DNA from: an uncultured Candidatus Saccharibacteria bacterium
GTDB taxonomy: Bacteria > Patescibacteriota > Minisyncoccia > Phycocordibacterales > JABMNX01
DNA: 43,995 nt
Direction: 5' to 3'
NCBI GenBank assembly: GCA_964625905.1
Contig: CAZVBS010000002.1
Span: 1 to 43,995 of the forward strand
The position numbers and the translations under genes were made by a program. The notes under the pieces are model-generated. The model did not search any database and was not told where the DNA came from. It saw only the letters and a list, made by a program, of their open reading frames with translations. Below, one piece after another: positions 1 to 9,823 of this stretch. How positions within the stretch are numbered: the first letter of the stretch is position 1; every line of letters begins with the position of its first letter.

Positions 1-384
1 ATCGTTAGCGGTCTTTGAGACCCCGTATAACAACAAGGTTCCGTCTCTTGTTGAGGTCCAATTTGTTAATACGGCGCTATTGTCATCTGAAAGAGCATGT
101 GGGTCGATGAGTAATTTGTGTTCTCCACCAATACCATCTTTTACATACAAAGAAGGCAGTTCTTCGCTCTTTCCCCTTTTCATAAAAAAGTACTTGTTAT
201 TCCTTGGTGTAGGGATACTGACTATATCTGCACGATATAGTTCAAAAAGCCTTGATTCTATCTCTTTAAGTTTGGGGAGTTTATTTAAATATTTTCTTGA
301 GTTACTTCCTTGCAACTCTACCCACTGGTCGACCTTGGCTGAGTTTGACTCAAGCCACTCAAATTCATCCATGTAGTTTTTCAT
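1..384 (-). CDS. prolyl oligopeptidase (S9A) family protein, N-terminal part; the gene continues past the window edge
   Basis: Absent from the ORF track because it has no stop in the window. A reverse-strand ATG at 384..382 opens MKNYMDEFEWLESNSAKVDQWVELQGSNSRKYLNKLPKLKEIESRLFELYRADIVSIPTPRNNKYFFMKRGKSEELPSLYVKDGIGGEHKLLIDPHALSDDNSAVLTNWTSTRDGTLLLYGVSKTAND, which stays open to base 1. The order WLE.., V..WV..Q...YL, ..kyfF.., LiDP..LS.D.., S.DG..l.Y is the usual POP N-terminus. Confidence 0.55.
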   Translation of the reverse strand, partial: MKNYMDEFEWLESNSAKVDQWVELQGSNSRKYLNKLPKLKEIESRLFELYRADIVSIPTPRNNKYFFMKRGKSEELPSLYVKDGIGGEHKLLIDPHALSDDNSAVLTNWTSTRDGTLLLYGVSKTAND

Positions 385-454
385 GCAATATAGTATATCA
401 AAAGACTATGTAGATTCTCAAAGTTCTGATATTTTTGGATATATCCAAAGTTTG

Positions 455-528
455 TGGACCCGACAGGACTTGAACCTGCCACCTCCTCAGTGCAAGTGAG
501 GCGCTCTAGCCAGATGAGCTACGGGCCC
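455..528 (-). tRNA. tRNA-Ala (anticodon UGC)
   Basis: The reverse complement GGGCCCGTAGCTCATCTGGCTAGAGCGCCTCACTTGCACTGAGGAGGTGGCAGGTTCAAGTCCTGTCGGGTCCA folds as a cloverleaf. The anticodon loop is CT-TGC-AC, the G3:U70 Ala identity pair is present and the T-loop is GGTTCAAGTCC. No CCA is encoded. Confidence 0.9.
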
Positions 529-555
529 TTTATGTAAGTACCGAAATATTATACC

Positions 556-1536
556 TTACTTTCTATTCACAGCAAGGTTAATAATATGATCTAAAAATTC
601 AGAAAAACTACACCCGGCTTCATTAAGTGCATATGGAACAAGAGAATGTTCTGTTAATCCTGGCAAAGAGTTAGTTTCAATGAAGTAGATTCCTCGTGGT
701 GTCATAATAAAATCAGAACGTGAATAGTGTTGTAGACCTAAAGCATTATGTGCTGTTCTAGTAGCTTCTCTAATTTGCAACTTCTCTTCTAAAGTTAAGT
801 TACTTGGACAAAGTAACTCTACTTCACCTCCATTTCCTTTGTTATACTTCGCATCATAATCAAAACACCTTTTTCCTTTTGGTAAAACTATCTCTATTGG
901 TAAAAGTGTGTATTGATCCTCTCCACGGAAATTGTCAACAACACCACATATTATTTCTTTACCGTTTATAAACTCCTCAACAAATACAGATGAAGATTCT
1001 TCAAGTGCTGACGTTATACCATTAACTAATTCTTGATAAGAACCGGCAAACACAACTCCTAAAGATGAGCCTTTGTCTAATGGTTTTATAACTACAGGTT
1101 GTGGGAATGAACGAAATATTTCAGTTATTTCTGCTTCGAGGTTAGGAGACTGCTTAATAACAATGTGTAGTGGTACACGAATTCCAGCTTTAGAAACTAT
1201 TTCTTTCGCACGAGCTTTATTAATTGATACCTTTGATGCAAACACACCCGATCCAGTATATGGTATTTGAAATTTGTCTAAAATCTTCTGGACTTCACCG
1301 TCTTCACCATACTCTCCATGTAGTGCATTGAATATAACATCAACATTTTTAAGTATCTTACTTGGATGAGTCTCTAAACCTCGCATGTGCCACACACCTG
1401 CTTTAGAAATCAAAATATCGTGTTTTAAATATGTGTCATCTGAAAGGTTTTGCAAGACATGTCCTCCTGTTTTTAGAGAAATATCATATTCACTTGATGG
1501 CCCACCTCGTAGTACACCTACTCGTAGTTTTGACAT
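556..1536 (-). CDS. ddl: D-alanine--D-alanine ligase
   Basis: 326 aa with an ATP-grasp layout: LRVGVLRGGPSSEYDISL, ALHGEYGEDGEVQ and FIETNSLPGLT. Confidence 0.9.
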   Translation of the reverse strand: MSKLRVGVLRGGPSSEYDISLKTGGHVLQNLSDDTYLKHDILISKAGVWHMRGLETHPSKILKNVDVIFNALHGEYGEDGEVQKILDKFQIPYTGSGVFASKVSINKARAKEIVSKAGIRVPLHIVIKQSPNLEAEITEIFRSFPQPVVIKPLDKGSSLGVVFAGSYQELVNGITSALEESSSVFVEEFINGKEIICGVVDNFRGEDQYTLLPIEIVLPKGKRCFDYDAKYNKGNGGEVELLCPSNLTLEEKLQIREATRTAHNALGLQHYSRSDFIMTPRGIYFIETNSLPGLTEHSLVPYALNEAGCSFSEFLDHIINLAVNRK

Positions 1537-1575
1537 ATGGTTAGTATAGCAAGAGAAAAACTAAAGAAAAACTAT

Positions 1576-2814
1576 CTATATAATCTTTCCTCGTAACTTC
1601 CTGTGATATGAAATAGCAAAACGATGCGCTTCACTGTTCGCTAAAAGTATTTCCTGTTCACGCTCTTTTACAAACCTTTTTTCTCCTGCATATCCTTTTG
1701 GTCTATGGTGTTCATCTTTAGTTACTCCAATAACTGGAATCATGTATCCGAGTTCTTTAAGTACCTTGTTTGCAGTATTAAGTTGTGCTTTCCCGCCATC
1801 TACAACTATTAGTCGTGGGTATTGCCACTCACTATGGGACAATCTACGTAAAAGTATTTCACGAAGCGCAGCAGTGTCGTTATTAGCATCATTTTTAATT
1901 TTAAATTTACGGTACTCATTTTTGTTTTCTTCTCCATCTTCGACAACTGCCATGACTCCTGTAACCTGCTTGCCTGAGGTATGGGCAACATCATATGCTT
2001 CAATACGAAATACTCGACTTCCACGTGGTGTCTTGTACTCTTCTTTGATGAGCGACACGTCACGAATATGAGTAAGTGCAAATATCTTTCTTTTTATTTC
2101 TTGTGCCTTTTCAAATTTTTCTGCTTTTGCTAACTTCTTCATTTCTCTCTCTAATTGAGAGAGTAGTGTCTTCTTCTTTCCGTCTAAAAATAACTTTAAA
2201 TGCCGAATACTTTTTTTATATTCCTTTTCATCTAACTCTTCACTGGGCTTACCTGGAAATACTCCAATAGACTGGTTAAACTTTATTTGTTTTATATGTG
2301 CTTTACTGTTACCTTCTTCAACTGGATACTTAGTATCAAAATATGGAAATATTTTGCGAATTATTTTCATTGCCTCTTTAAATTGCCCTCCTTGTGGAAA
2401 TGGTCCAAAAAAATGTTTGGTCTTTATTTTTCTCAACTGACCTTCTAAATCTTTTCCTCGTACTGTAAGCACTCTAGGAAACATCTCATCAGTAATAACT
2501 ACATAATTAAAACTTTTATCATCTTTCTCACGTGAGTTGTAAATTGGTTGATGTTTTTTAATAAGATTTGCCTCAAGAATAAGTGCTTCGAGTACAGAAT
2601 CAGTTTCTATTACTTCAATTTTTTTAGCTTCTTCTATCATCTTTTCAATAATAGGACTACGAACATCTCGAATTTGTGATATGAAATAACTTCTTACACG
2701 TGAACGAAGTGATGTTGCTTTGCCAATATATAAAATCTCTCGCTTTGCACCTCGAAAAAGATACACTCCTGGAGTATTTGGTAATTTATTTTTCTGTAAA
2801 TCTTTTTTGTTCAT
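1576..2814 (-). CDS. uvrC: excinuclease ABC subunit C, short form lacking the C-terminal (HhH)2 domain
   Basis: Contains GIY-YIG (PGVYLFRGAKREILYIGKATSLRSRVRSYF), a UVR domain (LEREMKKLAKAEKFEKAQEIKRKIFAL) and the RNase-H-like endonuclease part (AYDVAHTSG .. VVDGGKAQL .. EAHRFAISYHRK). The protein ends there. I place the start at Met17 (ATG 2814) because the longer ORF reads through a 9-bp-stem hairpin at 2831..2852. Confidence 0.85.
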   Translation of the reverse strand: MNKKDLQKNKLPNTPGVYLFRGAKREILYIGKATSLRSRVRSYFISQIRDVRSPIIEKMIEEAKKIEVIETDSVLEALILEANLIKKHQPIYNSREKDDKSFNYVVITDEMFPRVLTVRGKDLEGQLRKIKTKHFFGPFPQGGQFKEAMKIIRKIFPYFDTKYPVEEGNSKAHIKQIKFNQSIGVFPGKPSEELDEKEYKKSIRHLKLFLDGKKKTLLSQLEREMKKLAKAEKFEKAQEIKRKIFALTHIRDVSLIKEEYKTPRGSRVFRIEAYDVAHTSGKQVTGVMAVVEDGEENKNEYRKFKIKNDANNDTAALREILLRRLSHSEWQYPRLIVVDGGKAQLNTANKVLKELGYMIPVIGVTKDEHHRPKGYAGEKRFVKEREQEILLANSEAHRFAISYHRKLRGKII

Positions 2815-2861
2815 ATATATAAAGTAGTTTACCGCGATCTTACGATCGCGGTATTTATTCA

Positions 2862-3185
2862 CTACAAACCACTACAAGCCATCTCAGCCAATGGACCTTT
2901 GCAACGTTGAGTAATGTTTTTAAGATGTTCCTTGCTTATCATATGATTATCGTCATTAAGCATGTTCGCAAGTGCTTCGCAAAGTACACCTTCAATCATT
3001 AACCATTTTTCCTCATCAAGAACCAAAAAAGAAGAACCTATAAAGGACACAAATCTGCACAGATCTACTTCTTCCATGAGCGATGCTCGTAATTCTTCAG
3101 GATTAATATTAACCAGCCTCTTTGAAGCCAACTCTTCAATCAAACTTCCGATATTTAATGGACTTCCTCGTTCAATAGCAAACAT
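2862..3185 (-). CDS. hypothetical protein (107 aa) between uvrA and uvrC
   Basis: Intact ORF on the same strand as its neighbours. I recognise no motif. Hairpins lie upstream (3253..3278, 3337..3371) and downstream (2831..2852). Confidence 0.4.
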   Translation of the reverse strand: MFAIERGSPLNIGSLIEELASKRLVNINPEELRASLMEEVDLCRFVSFIGSSFLVLDEEKWLMIEGVLCEALANMLNDDNHMISKEHLKNITQRCKGPLAEMACSGL

Positions 3186-3252
3186 TTCATTATCCTTGTA
3201 TATTGTGAAAAATGGAGAACTCTTCTTCTAAAGCACAAGTATAGCATACTTT

Positions 3253-3278
3253 AAATAGCCAGAGTACTCTGGCTATTT
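3253..3278. terminator. GTAC-centred palindromic hairpin (family copy 1)
   Basis: aaatagccagagtactctggctattt is a perfect palindrome. Near-identical hairpins occur at 30143 and 35047. Confidence 0.5.
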
Positions 3279-3336
3279 AATATGGCTACCCTCAACGCTT
3301 TCTAATCCGTTTGTATCTTAAAACAAGAGTTTTTTA

Positions 3337-3371
3337 TTTAAATGTGCGAAGCTTAGCTTCGCACATTTAAA
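3337..3371. terminator. palindromic hairpin just downstream of the uvrA stop
   Basis: tttaaatgtgcgaagcttagcttcgcacatttaaa has long near-perfect arms. No clear U-tract follows on either strand. Confidence 0.4.
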
Positions 3372-3379
3372 TGATGGTA

Positions 3380-5977
3380 TTATTTTTTAAGTACTTTATT
3401 TAGGTACTTTCCTGTAAACGACTCTTTTGATTCTGCAACTTCTTCTGGAGTTCCTTTAGCAACTATTTTACCTCCTCCTACTCCACCAAGAGGTCCTATA
3501 TCAATAACATAGTCTGCACTCTTAACTATATCCATATTATGTTCAATTAATATTACTGTATTGCCTCTGTCTACAAGACCTTGAAGTATCTGAATAAGTT
3601 TCTTTACGTCCTCATAATGTAGACCGATAGTAGGCTCATCAAGTAGATAAATAGTTTTTTGCATATGAGGTCTATACATCTCAGCAGAGATTTTAACTCG
3701 TTGTGCTTCCCCGCCTGAGAGTGTAGTGGCAGATTGTCCTAATTTTAAATATCCAAGACCTACATCGTTAAGTGTTTTTAATCTATCATATATTGCTGGA
3801 ATATCATCAAAAAATTCAACAGCTTCTTCTACTGTCATACTTAAGATTTCGTATATGTTTTTCTTTTTATATTTAACCTCTAATGTCTCTTTTGTAAATC
3901 TCTTTCCGTCACATAAATCACAAGACACATACACAGTAGGCAAGAAATGCATCTCAACTGCAATCAATCCGTTACCCTGACATGCTTCACATCTTCCACC
4001 TTTTACATTAAAGGAGAACCTTCCTGCTTTCCATCCACGTGCCCTAGCTTCAACTGTTGCAGCAAAAAGATCACGTATATGAGTAAATGCACCAGTATAT
4101 GTTGCAGGGTTAGAACGAGGTGTTCGTCCAATAGGCGCTTGGTTTATCAATATAGCGCGTCCTAAATATTCAGAACCATCAAACTTAGCACAGTTAAAAG
4201 TTTTATTTGAGCGATATTTTCTATCAAATCTAGCTTGTAAATTTTTATATATAATTTCGTACAATAAACTAGACTTACCAGACCCAGACACTCCTGTTAT
4301 AACAGTCATACGTCCAAGCGGTATATCTACACTCATATTTTTAATATTAAATATCTTTCCTCCTCTTATCTTAAGTGCACCTTTTTGTGAAGTACGACGT
4401 TTTTCAGGAATTGCTAGCACTTTATCTCCTCTTAAATAATCAATTGTCACTGATTTTGATGTATTTTTCTTTGCTGTAAGTAGTTTATCAAGCCAATCTG
4501 AAACAATTATCTCTCCTCCATGTATTCCAGCACCTGGACCAATGTCTACTATATAATCTGCTGAATATATTGTATCTTCATCATGCTCAACCACTATAAT
4601 AGTATTCCCAAGATCACGAAGATCAAGAAGTGTTTTGATAAGTCTGTCATTGTCTTTTTGATGCAGACCAATAGTAGGCTCATCAAGTACATATAAAGCA
4701 CCGACAAGACCTGAGCCAAGTTGAGAGGCGAGTCTTATACGTTGTGCTTCCCCACCAGATAGCGTATTCGCTCGTCTATCCAAAGAAAGATAATCAATCC
4801 CAACATTAATCATAAACTGTAATCTATTTTGTATCTCTTTTATAACAACATTTGATATTTCTTCTTCTTTTTTTGTTAATTTAAGAGAACTTATAAAGTC
4901 ATATGCATCTGTTATAGACATTGATGTTAAATCAACAATACTCTTTCCAATATCCTTACTAGATTTATTATTAGAACCGCCAAGAAATACACGAAGAGCC
5001 TCTGGACGAAGTCGTGCCCCAAGACAAACATCACACACTTCTTTTCCAAAAAAATGTTTCGTACCTAGTCCATTACATGCTTCACATGCTCCATAAGGAG
5101 AGTTAAACGAAAACAATCTAGGTTCTACTTCAGGAAAAGATGTACCGTCTAGTGGGCATATAAATTTAGCTGACAATATCCTCTCACTACCATCTGGACT
5201 CTCTATTTTTATAAGTCCATCACTTTCATTGAGTGCATGTTCTATTGCTTCTGAAAGCCGCTCGGTTGCACTCGCTTTATCTTCTTTAAATTCACTTATG
5301 TATATCTCATCAACAAGCACATCAATATCATGCTTCTTAGTTTTTTGAAGCTCTATCTTTTCTCTTAACTGCTTCAGTTTGCCATCTATGCGGACTTGCT
5401 CAAAACCTTTACCAAGAAGATCATATAAAAGTTGATAGTATTCTCCTTTTCTCCCTACAACAACTGGCGCAAGTATTCGAAGTTTTAGATCACTGTATTC
5501 AGCTCCTAATACTTTTTTACTTCCTTTTTTTATATCAGTCTTTTGTATAGATGTTAGTACAACCTTCATCAACTCTTCATGCGAAAGTTTTTTAATCTCC
5601 TGATCATGATGTATACAATACGGCTTTCCTATTCGTGCATATAAAATACGCATATAGTCATATATCTCTGTAATAGTCGCAACAGTAGAACGTGGGTTAT
5701 TTGAACGTGATTTCTGGTCTATCGAAATAGCTGGTGAAAGTCCCGTTATCTCTTCAACCTCAGGCTTCTGCATTTGTCGTAAAAATTGCCTTGCATATGC
5801 AGACAAAGACTCAACATATTTACGTTGTCCTTCTGCGAATATAGTGTCAAAAGCTAGCGAAGATTTTCCAGAACCAGAAAGACCAGTAAAAACTACCATC
5901 TTGTTTCGTGGTATTTCTAAGTCAATATTCTTTAAATTATGCGTTTTAGCGCCTTTTATTACTATTTTATCCTCCAT
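3380..5977 (-). CDS. uvrA: excinuclease ABC subunit A (insertion domain missing)
   Basis: [45 protein letters not shown] aligns residue-for-residue with the E. coli UvrA N-terminus. There are two ABC modules ([10 protein letters not shown] / [10 protein letters not shown], and LSGGEAQR twice). Start taken at Met5 of the track ORF. Confidence 0.95.
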   Translation of the reverse strand: MEDKIVIKGAKTHNLKNIDLEIPRNKMVVFTGLSGSGKSSLAFDTIFAEGQRKYVESLSAYARQFLRQMQKPEVEEITGLSPAISIDQKSRSNNPRSTVATITEIYDYMRILYARIGKPYCIHHDQEIKKLSHEELMKVVLTSIQKTDIKKGSKKVLGAEYSDLKLRILAPVVVGRKGEYYQLLYDLLGKGFEQVRIDGKLKQLREKIELQKTKKHDIDVLVDEIYISEFKEDKASATERLSEAIEHALNESDGLIKIESPDGSERILSAKFICPLDGTSFPEVEPRLFSFNSPYGACEACNGLGTKHFFGKEVCDVCLGARLRPEALRVFLGGSNNKSSKDIGKSIVDLTSMSITDAYDFISSLKLTKKEEEISNVVIKEIQNRLQFMINVGIDYLSLDRRANTLSGGEAQRIRLASQLGSGLVGALYVLDEPTIGLHQKDNDRLIKTLLDLRDLGNTIIVVEHDEDTIYSADYIVDIGPGAGIHGGEIIVSDWLDKLLTAKKNTSKSVTIDYLRGDKVLAIPEKRRTSQKGALKIRGGKIFNIKNMSVDIPLGRMTVITGVSGSGKSSLLYEIIYKNLQARFDRKYRSNKTFNCAKFDGSEYLGRAILINQAPIGRTPRSNPATYTGAFTHIRDLFAATVEARARGWKAGRFSFNVKGGRCEACQGNGLIAVEMHFLPTVYVSCDLCDGKRFTKETLEVKYKKKNIYEILSMTVEEAVEFFDDIPAIYDRLKTLNDVGLGYLKLGQSATTLSGGEAQRVKISAEMYRPHMQKTIYLLDEPTIGLHYEDVKKLIQILQGLVDRGNTVILIEHNMDIVKSADYVIDIGPLGGVGGGKIVAKGTPEEVAESKESFTGKYLNKVLKK

Positions 5978-6351
5978 ATATAAACACATTAAGAACCCCG
6001 CGATTGCTCATAGGGTTTAGTATGAGTGAGTATAGCAAGATATTGAAAATATAACAGGTATTAAACCTGATATTATTTCCTTACAGGAACAGTACACCTT
6101 TTGGGTATTTTGTTTCTCAAGGCTCACAAAATACCTCAAAAGCTTTTTTAGTGCTCATACAATCGCACCTCAACCTCGGCTCGGAAATACTCAAGCCTTC
6201 AGCTTGGCATTTCTCTCGCCCTACGTCGCTAATAAAAGACCCTGCATATATTTAAATTTATGTAGGCTTTTAGTCTTTTCTTAATTTATATTCAAAATTA
6301 TCTTTTGTGTATTATTTTTTCTAGTCTTTTAGTTTTATATATTTTTAAATA

Positions 6352-8385
6352 CTATTTTATACCTTCTAATACTTGTATCTCATCACGTATAATCGCAGCG
6401 GTTTCAAAGTCCAAAATCTTCACAGCTTCTTCCATTTGTTTCCTTTTTTCTTTAATTAACTTCTTTGGATTCTTCTTATACAACTCCTTATCTATATCAA
6501 GTAATGTTCCTACTGCTTTTTGGTGTTCTGTACGCAACTGATCTGTGATATCTTTGATATTTTTCTTTATTGTCTTTGGTGTAATATTGTGCTTTTTGTT
6601 ATGCGCTTTCTGTATTTCTCGTCTTCTGTCGGTTTCAGAGATTGCCTTCTCCATCGACTTGGTTATATTATCTGCATACAAAATAGCGCGACCCTCAACA
6701 TTACGTGCTGCCCGCCCAATAGTCTGAATTAGTGAAGTCTCAGAACGTAAGAAACCCTGCTTGTCCGCATCTAAAATACCAACAAGTGTTACCTCTGGAA
6801 GATCGAGTCCTTCTCGTAATAGGTTTACACCCACAAGAACATCAAACTTACCTTTCCTAAAGTCTGTCAAAATAGTAATACGATCAATTGTTTTTATATC
6901 ACTGTGTAAATATTCAGCTTTTATATCTTTATCCTTTAGATACTCACTAAAATCCTCAGCCATTTTCTTAGTAAGTGTTGTTACAAGTACACGACCTCCT
7001 TTCTTTACTGTCTTCTCTATCTCCTCTATAAAATCAATAACTTGCCCCTTATATTTTTTATTTCCTTTACCACTTTCAACAACTGGTCTTATCTCTATCT
7101 CAGGATCTATAAGTCCTGTTGGACGAATTATCTGTTCTATTGGTTTTTTACTATGCTCAAATTCATATACACCAGGAGTTGCTGATGTGTATATTGTCTC
7201 ACCAACTCGAACTTCAAACTCTTTAAAATCAAGAGGTCTGTTATCAAGCGCTGATGGAAGCCTAAACCCATGCTCTATTAATGTACGTTTTCGTGACTGG
7301 TCACCTGCATACATTCCTCCTATTTGAGGAATAGTTACGTGTGACTCATCAATAATTGTTAAGAAATCAGGTGTACCGTCTTTCTTGTGTGGAAAGTATG
7401 AAAGTAGGGTAAAAGGAGGCTCTCCAACTTTTCTTCTATCAAAGTGTCGAGAATAATTTTCGATACCATTACAGTAGCCTATCTCTCTCATAAGAGCCAT
7501 ATCTTGAGTTGTCCTACGTCTTAGGCGCTCTGATTCTAAAATACTTCCAGCTTCATCAAACTTTTTTAATTGTCCTTTTAGTTCTTTTTGAATATCTTCT
7601 ATTGCTTGCTTTCTTTCTTTTTCTGGAGTTACATAGTGTTTAGCTGGAAATAAGAACATCTCACTCTTTTCTTCAATAATTTGTCTGGAGATATCATCAA
7701 GAATAGTTACTTCTGTTACTGTACCTGAAGAAAGTCCTATACGATATATAACCCTCTCACTTGTTGGCATTATTTCAATAAAGTTTCCTACTGCACGAAA
7801 CATTCCTGGTTTTAAATCTGCATTTGTTCTTTCAAAATATATATCTACTAAACTACGTATAAAACCAGAACGAGAAAGCTTGTCACCAACAGTAACTTTC
7901 AAATTAACACCTATGTATCTCTCTGGACTACCTAAACCATAAATACATGAAACAGATGCAACTATAATAACGTCATTACGTGTAAGAAGTGCTTGTGTTG
8001 AAGCGTGTCTTAATCTGTCTATCTCTTCGTTTATTTGTGCTTCTTTCTCTATATATGTATCTGATGTTGGCATATATGCCTCTGGTTGATAATAGTCATA
8101 GTATGAAACAAAATAATGTACTGCATTGTTTGGAAAAAACTCTCTGTATTCTTGAGCGAGTTGTGCTGCAAGTGTTTTATTGTGAGCAATTACGAGAGTT
8201 GGTTTTTGAAACTTCTCTATTACATTTGCAACTGTAAATGTCTTACCTGACCCAGTTACACCCAAAAGAGTCTGGTGTCGTTCACCAGATTCTACTCCTT
8301 TTATAAGAGCCTTTATTGCTTTCGGTTGGTCTCCGTCAGGTTTAAATTCTGATGAAATTTTAAATTTATTCATGGTTATTGACAT
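6352..8385 (-). CDS. uvrB: excinuclease ABC subunit B
   Basis: Walker A GVTGSGKTFT, a DESH box (IIDESHVT), helicase motifs (TSATPG, GRAARN) and a C-terminal UVR domain (ILDFETAAIIRDEIQVLEG). The start may instead be Met5 at 8373. Confidence 0.95.
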   Translation of the reverse strand: MSITMNKFKISSEFKPDGDQPKAIKALIKGVESGERHQTLLGVTGSGKTFTVANVIEKFQKPTLVIAHNKTLAAQLAQEYREFFPNNAVHYFVSYYDYYQPEAYMPTSDTYIEKEAQINEEIDRLRHASTQALLTRNDVIIVASVSCIYGLGSPERYIGVNLKVTVGDKLSRSGFIRSLVDIYFERTNADLKPGMFRAVGNFIEIMPTSERVIYRIGLSSGTVTEVTILDDISRQIIEEKSEMFLFPAKHYVTPEKERKQAIEDIQKELKGQLKKFDEAGSILESERLRRRTTQDMALMREIGYCNGIENYSRHFDRRKVGEPPFTLLSYFPHKKDGTPDFLTIIDESHVTIPQIGGMYAGDQSRKRTLIEHGFRLPSALDNRPLDFKEFEVRVGETIYTSATPGVYEFEHSKKPIEQIIRPTGLIDPEIEIRPVVESGKGNKKYKGQVIDFIEEIEKTVKKGGRVLVTTLTKKMAEDFSEYLKDKDIKAEYLHSDIKTIDRITILTDFRKGKFDVLVGVNLLREGLDLPEVTLVGILDADKQGFLRSETSLIQTIGRAARNVEGRAILYADNITKSMEKAISETDRRREIQKAHNKKHNITPKTIKKNIKDITDQLRTEHQKAVGTLLDIDKELYKKNPKKLIKEKRKQMEEAVKILDFETAAIIRDEIQVLEGIK

Positions 8386-8608
8386 ATATACTAGTGTAAT
8401 AACAGAATCTGAGCAAGAAATATTTTAATAAAAAAAGCCGAATCCACGAGTAATCCGGCGAGTTTAACAGGGGGAACTACAAAAAAAATTGGACAACCTT
8501 ACACCTCGACTCTATCAGACGGGGGATCGTAAGGGATAAAGTACAAAATCGTCCAAAAATATAATACCATAGTATTTATATTCATAACTAGTATGAAAAC
8601 ATTAAAGA

Positions 8609-9823
8609 CTATATATATTTATCCATAAATTCGTCTCTAAACTCATAAAATCTATCCTCTAATATAGATTGCCTTATATCTTTAACTAAATTCACAATAA
8701 AATAAAGATTATGAATTGATGCAAGAGTTGCTCCTAACATTTCTTTAGATCTAAATAAATGCGCAAGATATGCTTTTGTATAGTTCTTTGAAGTGTAACT
8801 AGGTGTATCCTCATCAATTGCTGAGAAATCATTTCTGTATTTACTATTTAAAATATTTATTGCCCCACTTTTTGTATACAGCATTCCATTTCTAGCTATA
8901 CGTGTTGGAGCAACACAGTCAAAAGTATCGACCCCTTTCTCTATACCATCAAAGATATTTAATGGATCGCCAATACCAAGCAAGTGCCTTGGTTTTTCTT
9001 TTGGTAATATTCCGTTAACTAATTTTAAAGTTGCGTCTAAATCTTTCTTAGTGAACGATCCACCGATACCATATCCGTCAAAACTCATCTTTGCTAAAGT
9101 CTCTGCACTTTCTGCCCTCAAATCCTCATAACGACCACCTTGAACTACTCCGTACAAACCTTGCTTCTGACTCGCTTCTATATTTTGCAGATGAGCTTTT
9201 AAACTTCTATCTGCCCATCTATGTGTTCTATACATCGCCTCTTTCTGATATTCATACGGTGCAGTTGGTGAGGTACATTCATCAAATGCAAACATTATAT
9301 CTGCACCCAAATTGTGTTGTATCTCAATAGAACGCTCTGCAGTAAACCTGTGCATACTACCGTCTAGGTGTGATGTAAATGTTACACCCTCTTCATCTAT
9401 TCTTGCTAGTCTAGCTTGCTTTAGACTAAAATTTTTATCATATATTACAGGAGTAACACTTTCTTTTATATCATGAGCAAATTTAGTTGCATTACTCTCA
9501 AATGCATCTCCAAGTGAAAATACTTGGAACCCACCAGAATCTGTAAGAGTTGGACCACTCCAATTCATAAAACGATTTAGTCCGCCTGATTCTTTTACAA
9601 TACTCTCTCCTGGTTCAAGATATAGATGATATGTGTTTGCTAGTACAGCTTGTGCACCAACATAGTCTTTAAGTTGTTCTGGAGTAACAGATTTAACAGT
9701 GGCCTTAGTTCCAACAACTGTAAATGCTGGCGTCTCTATTTTCCCATGAGGAGTAGTTATAACACCAGCACGCCCTAACTGTCCTTCTATTTGTTTTTCG
9801 ATTTTAAATGAGATAGCTGACAT
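8609..9823 (-). CDS. tgt: queuine/preQ1 tRNA-ribosyltransferase homologue (Zn-site cysteines substituted)
   Basis: LTDSGGFQVFSL, MFAFDECT, GVVQGG and VDTFDCVAPTRIARNG are collinear with E. coli Tgt. Confidence 0.85.
   Translation of the reverse strand: MSAISFKIEKQIEGQLGRAGVITTPHGKIETPAFTVVGTKATVKSVTPEQLKDYVGAQAVLANTYHLYLEPGESIVKESGGLNRFMNWSGPTLTDSGGFQVFSLGDAFESNATKFAHDIKESVTPVIYDKNFSLKQARLARIDEEGVTFTSHLDGSMHRFTAERSIEIQHNLGADIMFAFDECTSPTAPYEYQKEAMYRTHRWADRSLKAHLQNIEASQKQGLYGVVQGGRYEDLRAESAETLAKMSFDGYGIGGSFTKKDLDATLKLVNGILPKEKPRHLLGIGDPLNIFDGIEKGVDTFDCVAPTRIARNGMLYTKSGAINILNSKYRNDFSAIDEDTPSYTSKNYTKAYLAHLFRSKEMLGATLASIHNLYFIVNLVKDIRQSILEDRFYEFRDEFMDKYI

Noticed and set aside
80-376. Track ORF on the plus strand (98 aa).
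   Set aside because: It lies antisense to, and entirely inside, the reverse-strand prolyl-oligopeptidase reading frame, which has clear family motifs. The plus-strand product is low-complexity with no motif.
1073-8237. Many 60-190-aa track ORFs antisense to or out of frame with ddl, uvrC, uvrA and uvrB (for example 1073..1270, 1742..2071, 6761..7327, 7989..8237).
   Set aside because: They are shadow ORFs nested in strongly supported genes and typical of AT-rich DNA. Their products are Ser/Leu/Phe-rich with no motifs. The same reasoning applies to the comparable antisense ORFs across the window (9091..9330, 12159..12566, 13104..13553, 25326..25736, 26567..26926, 38162..38671, 42524..43000 and others).
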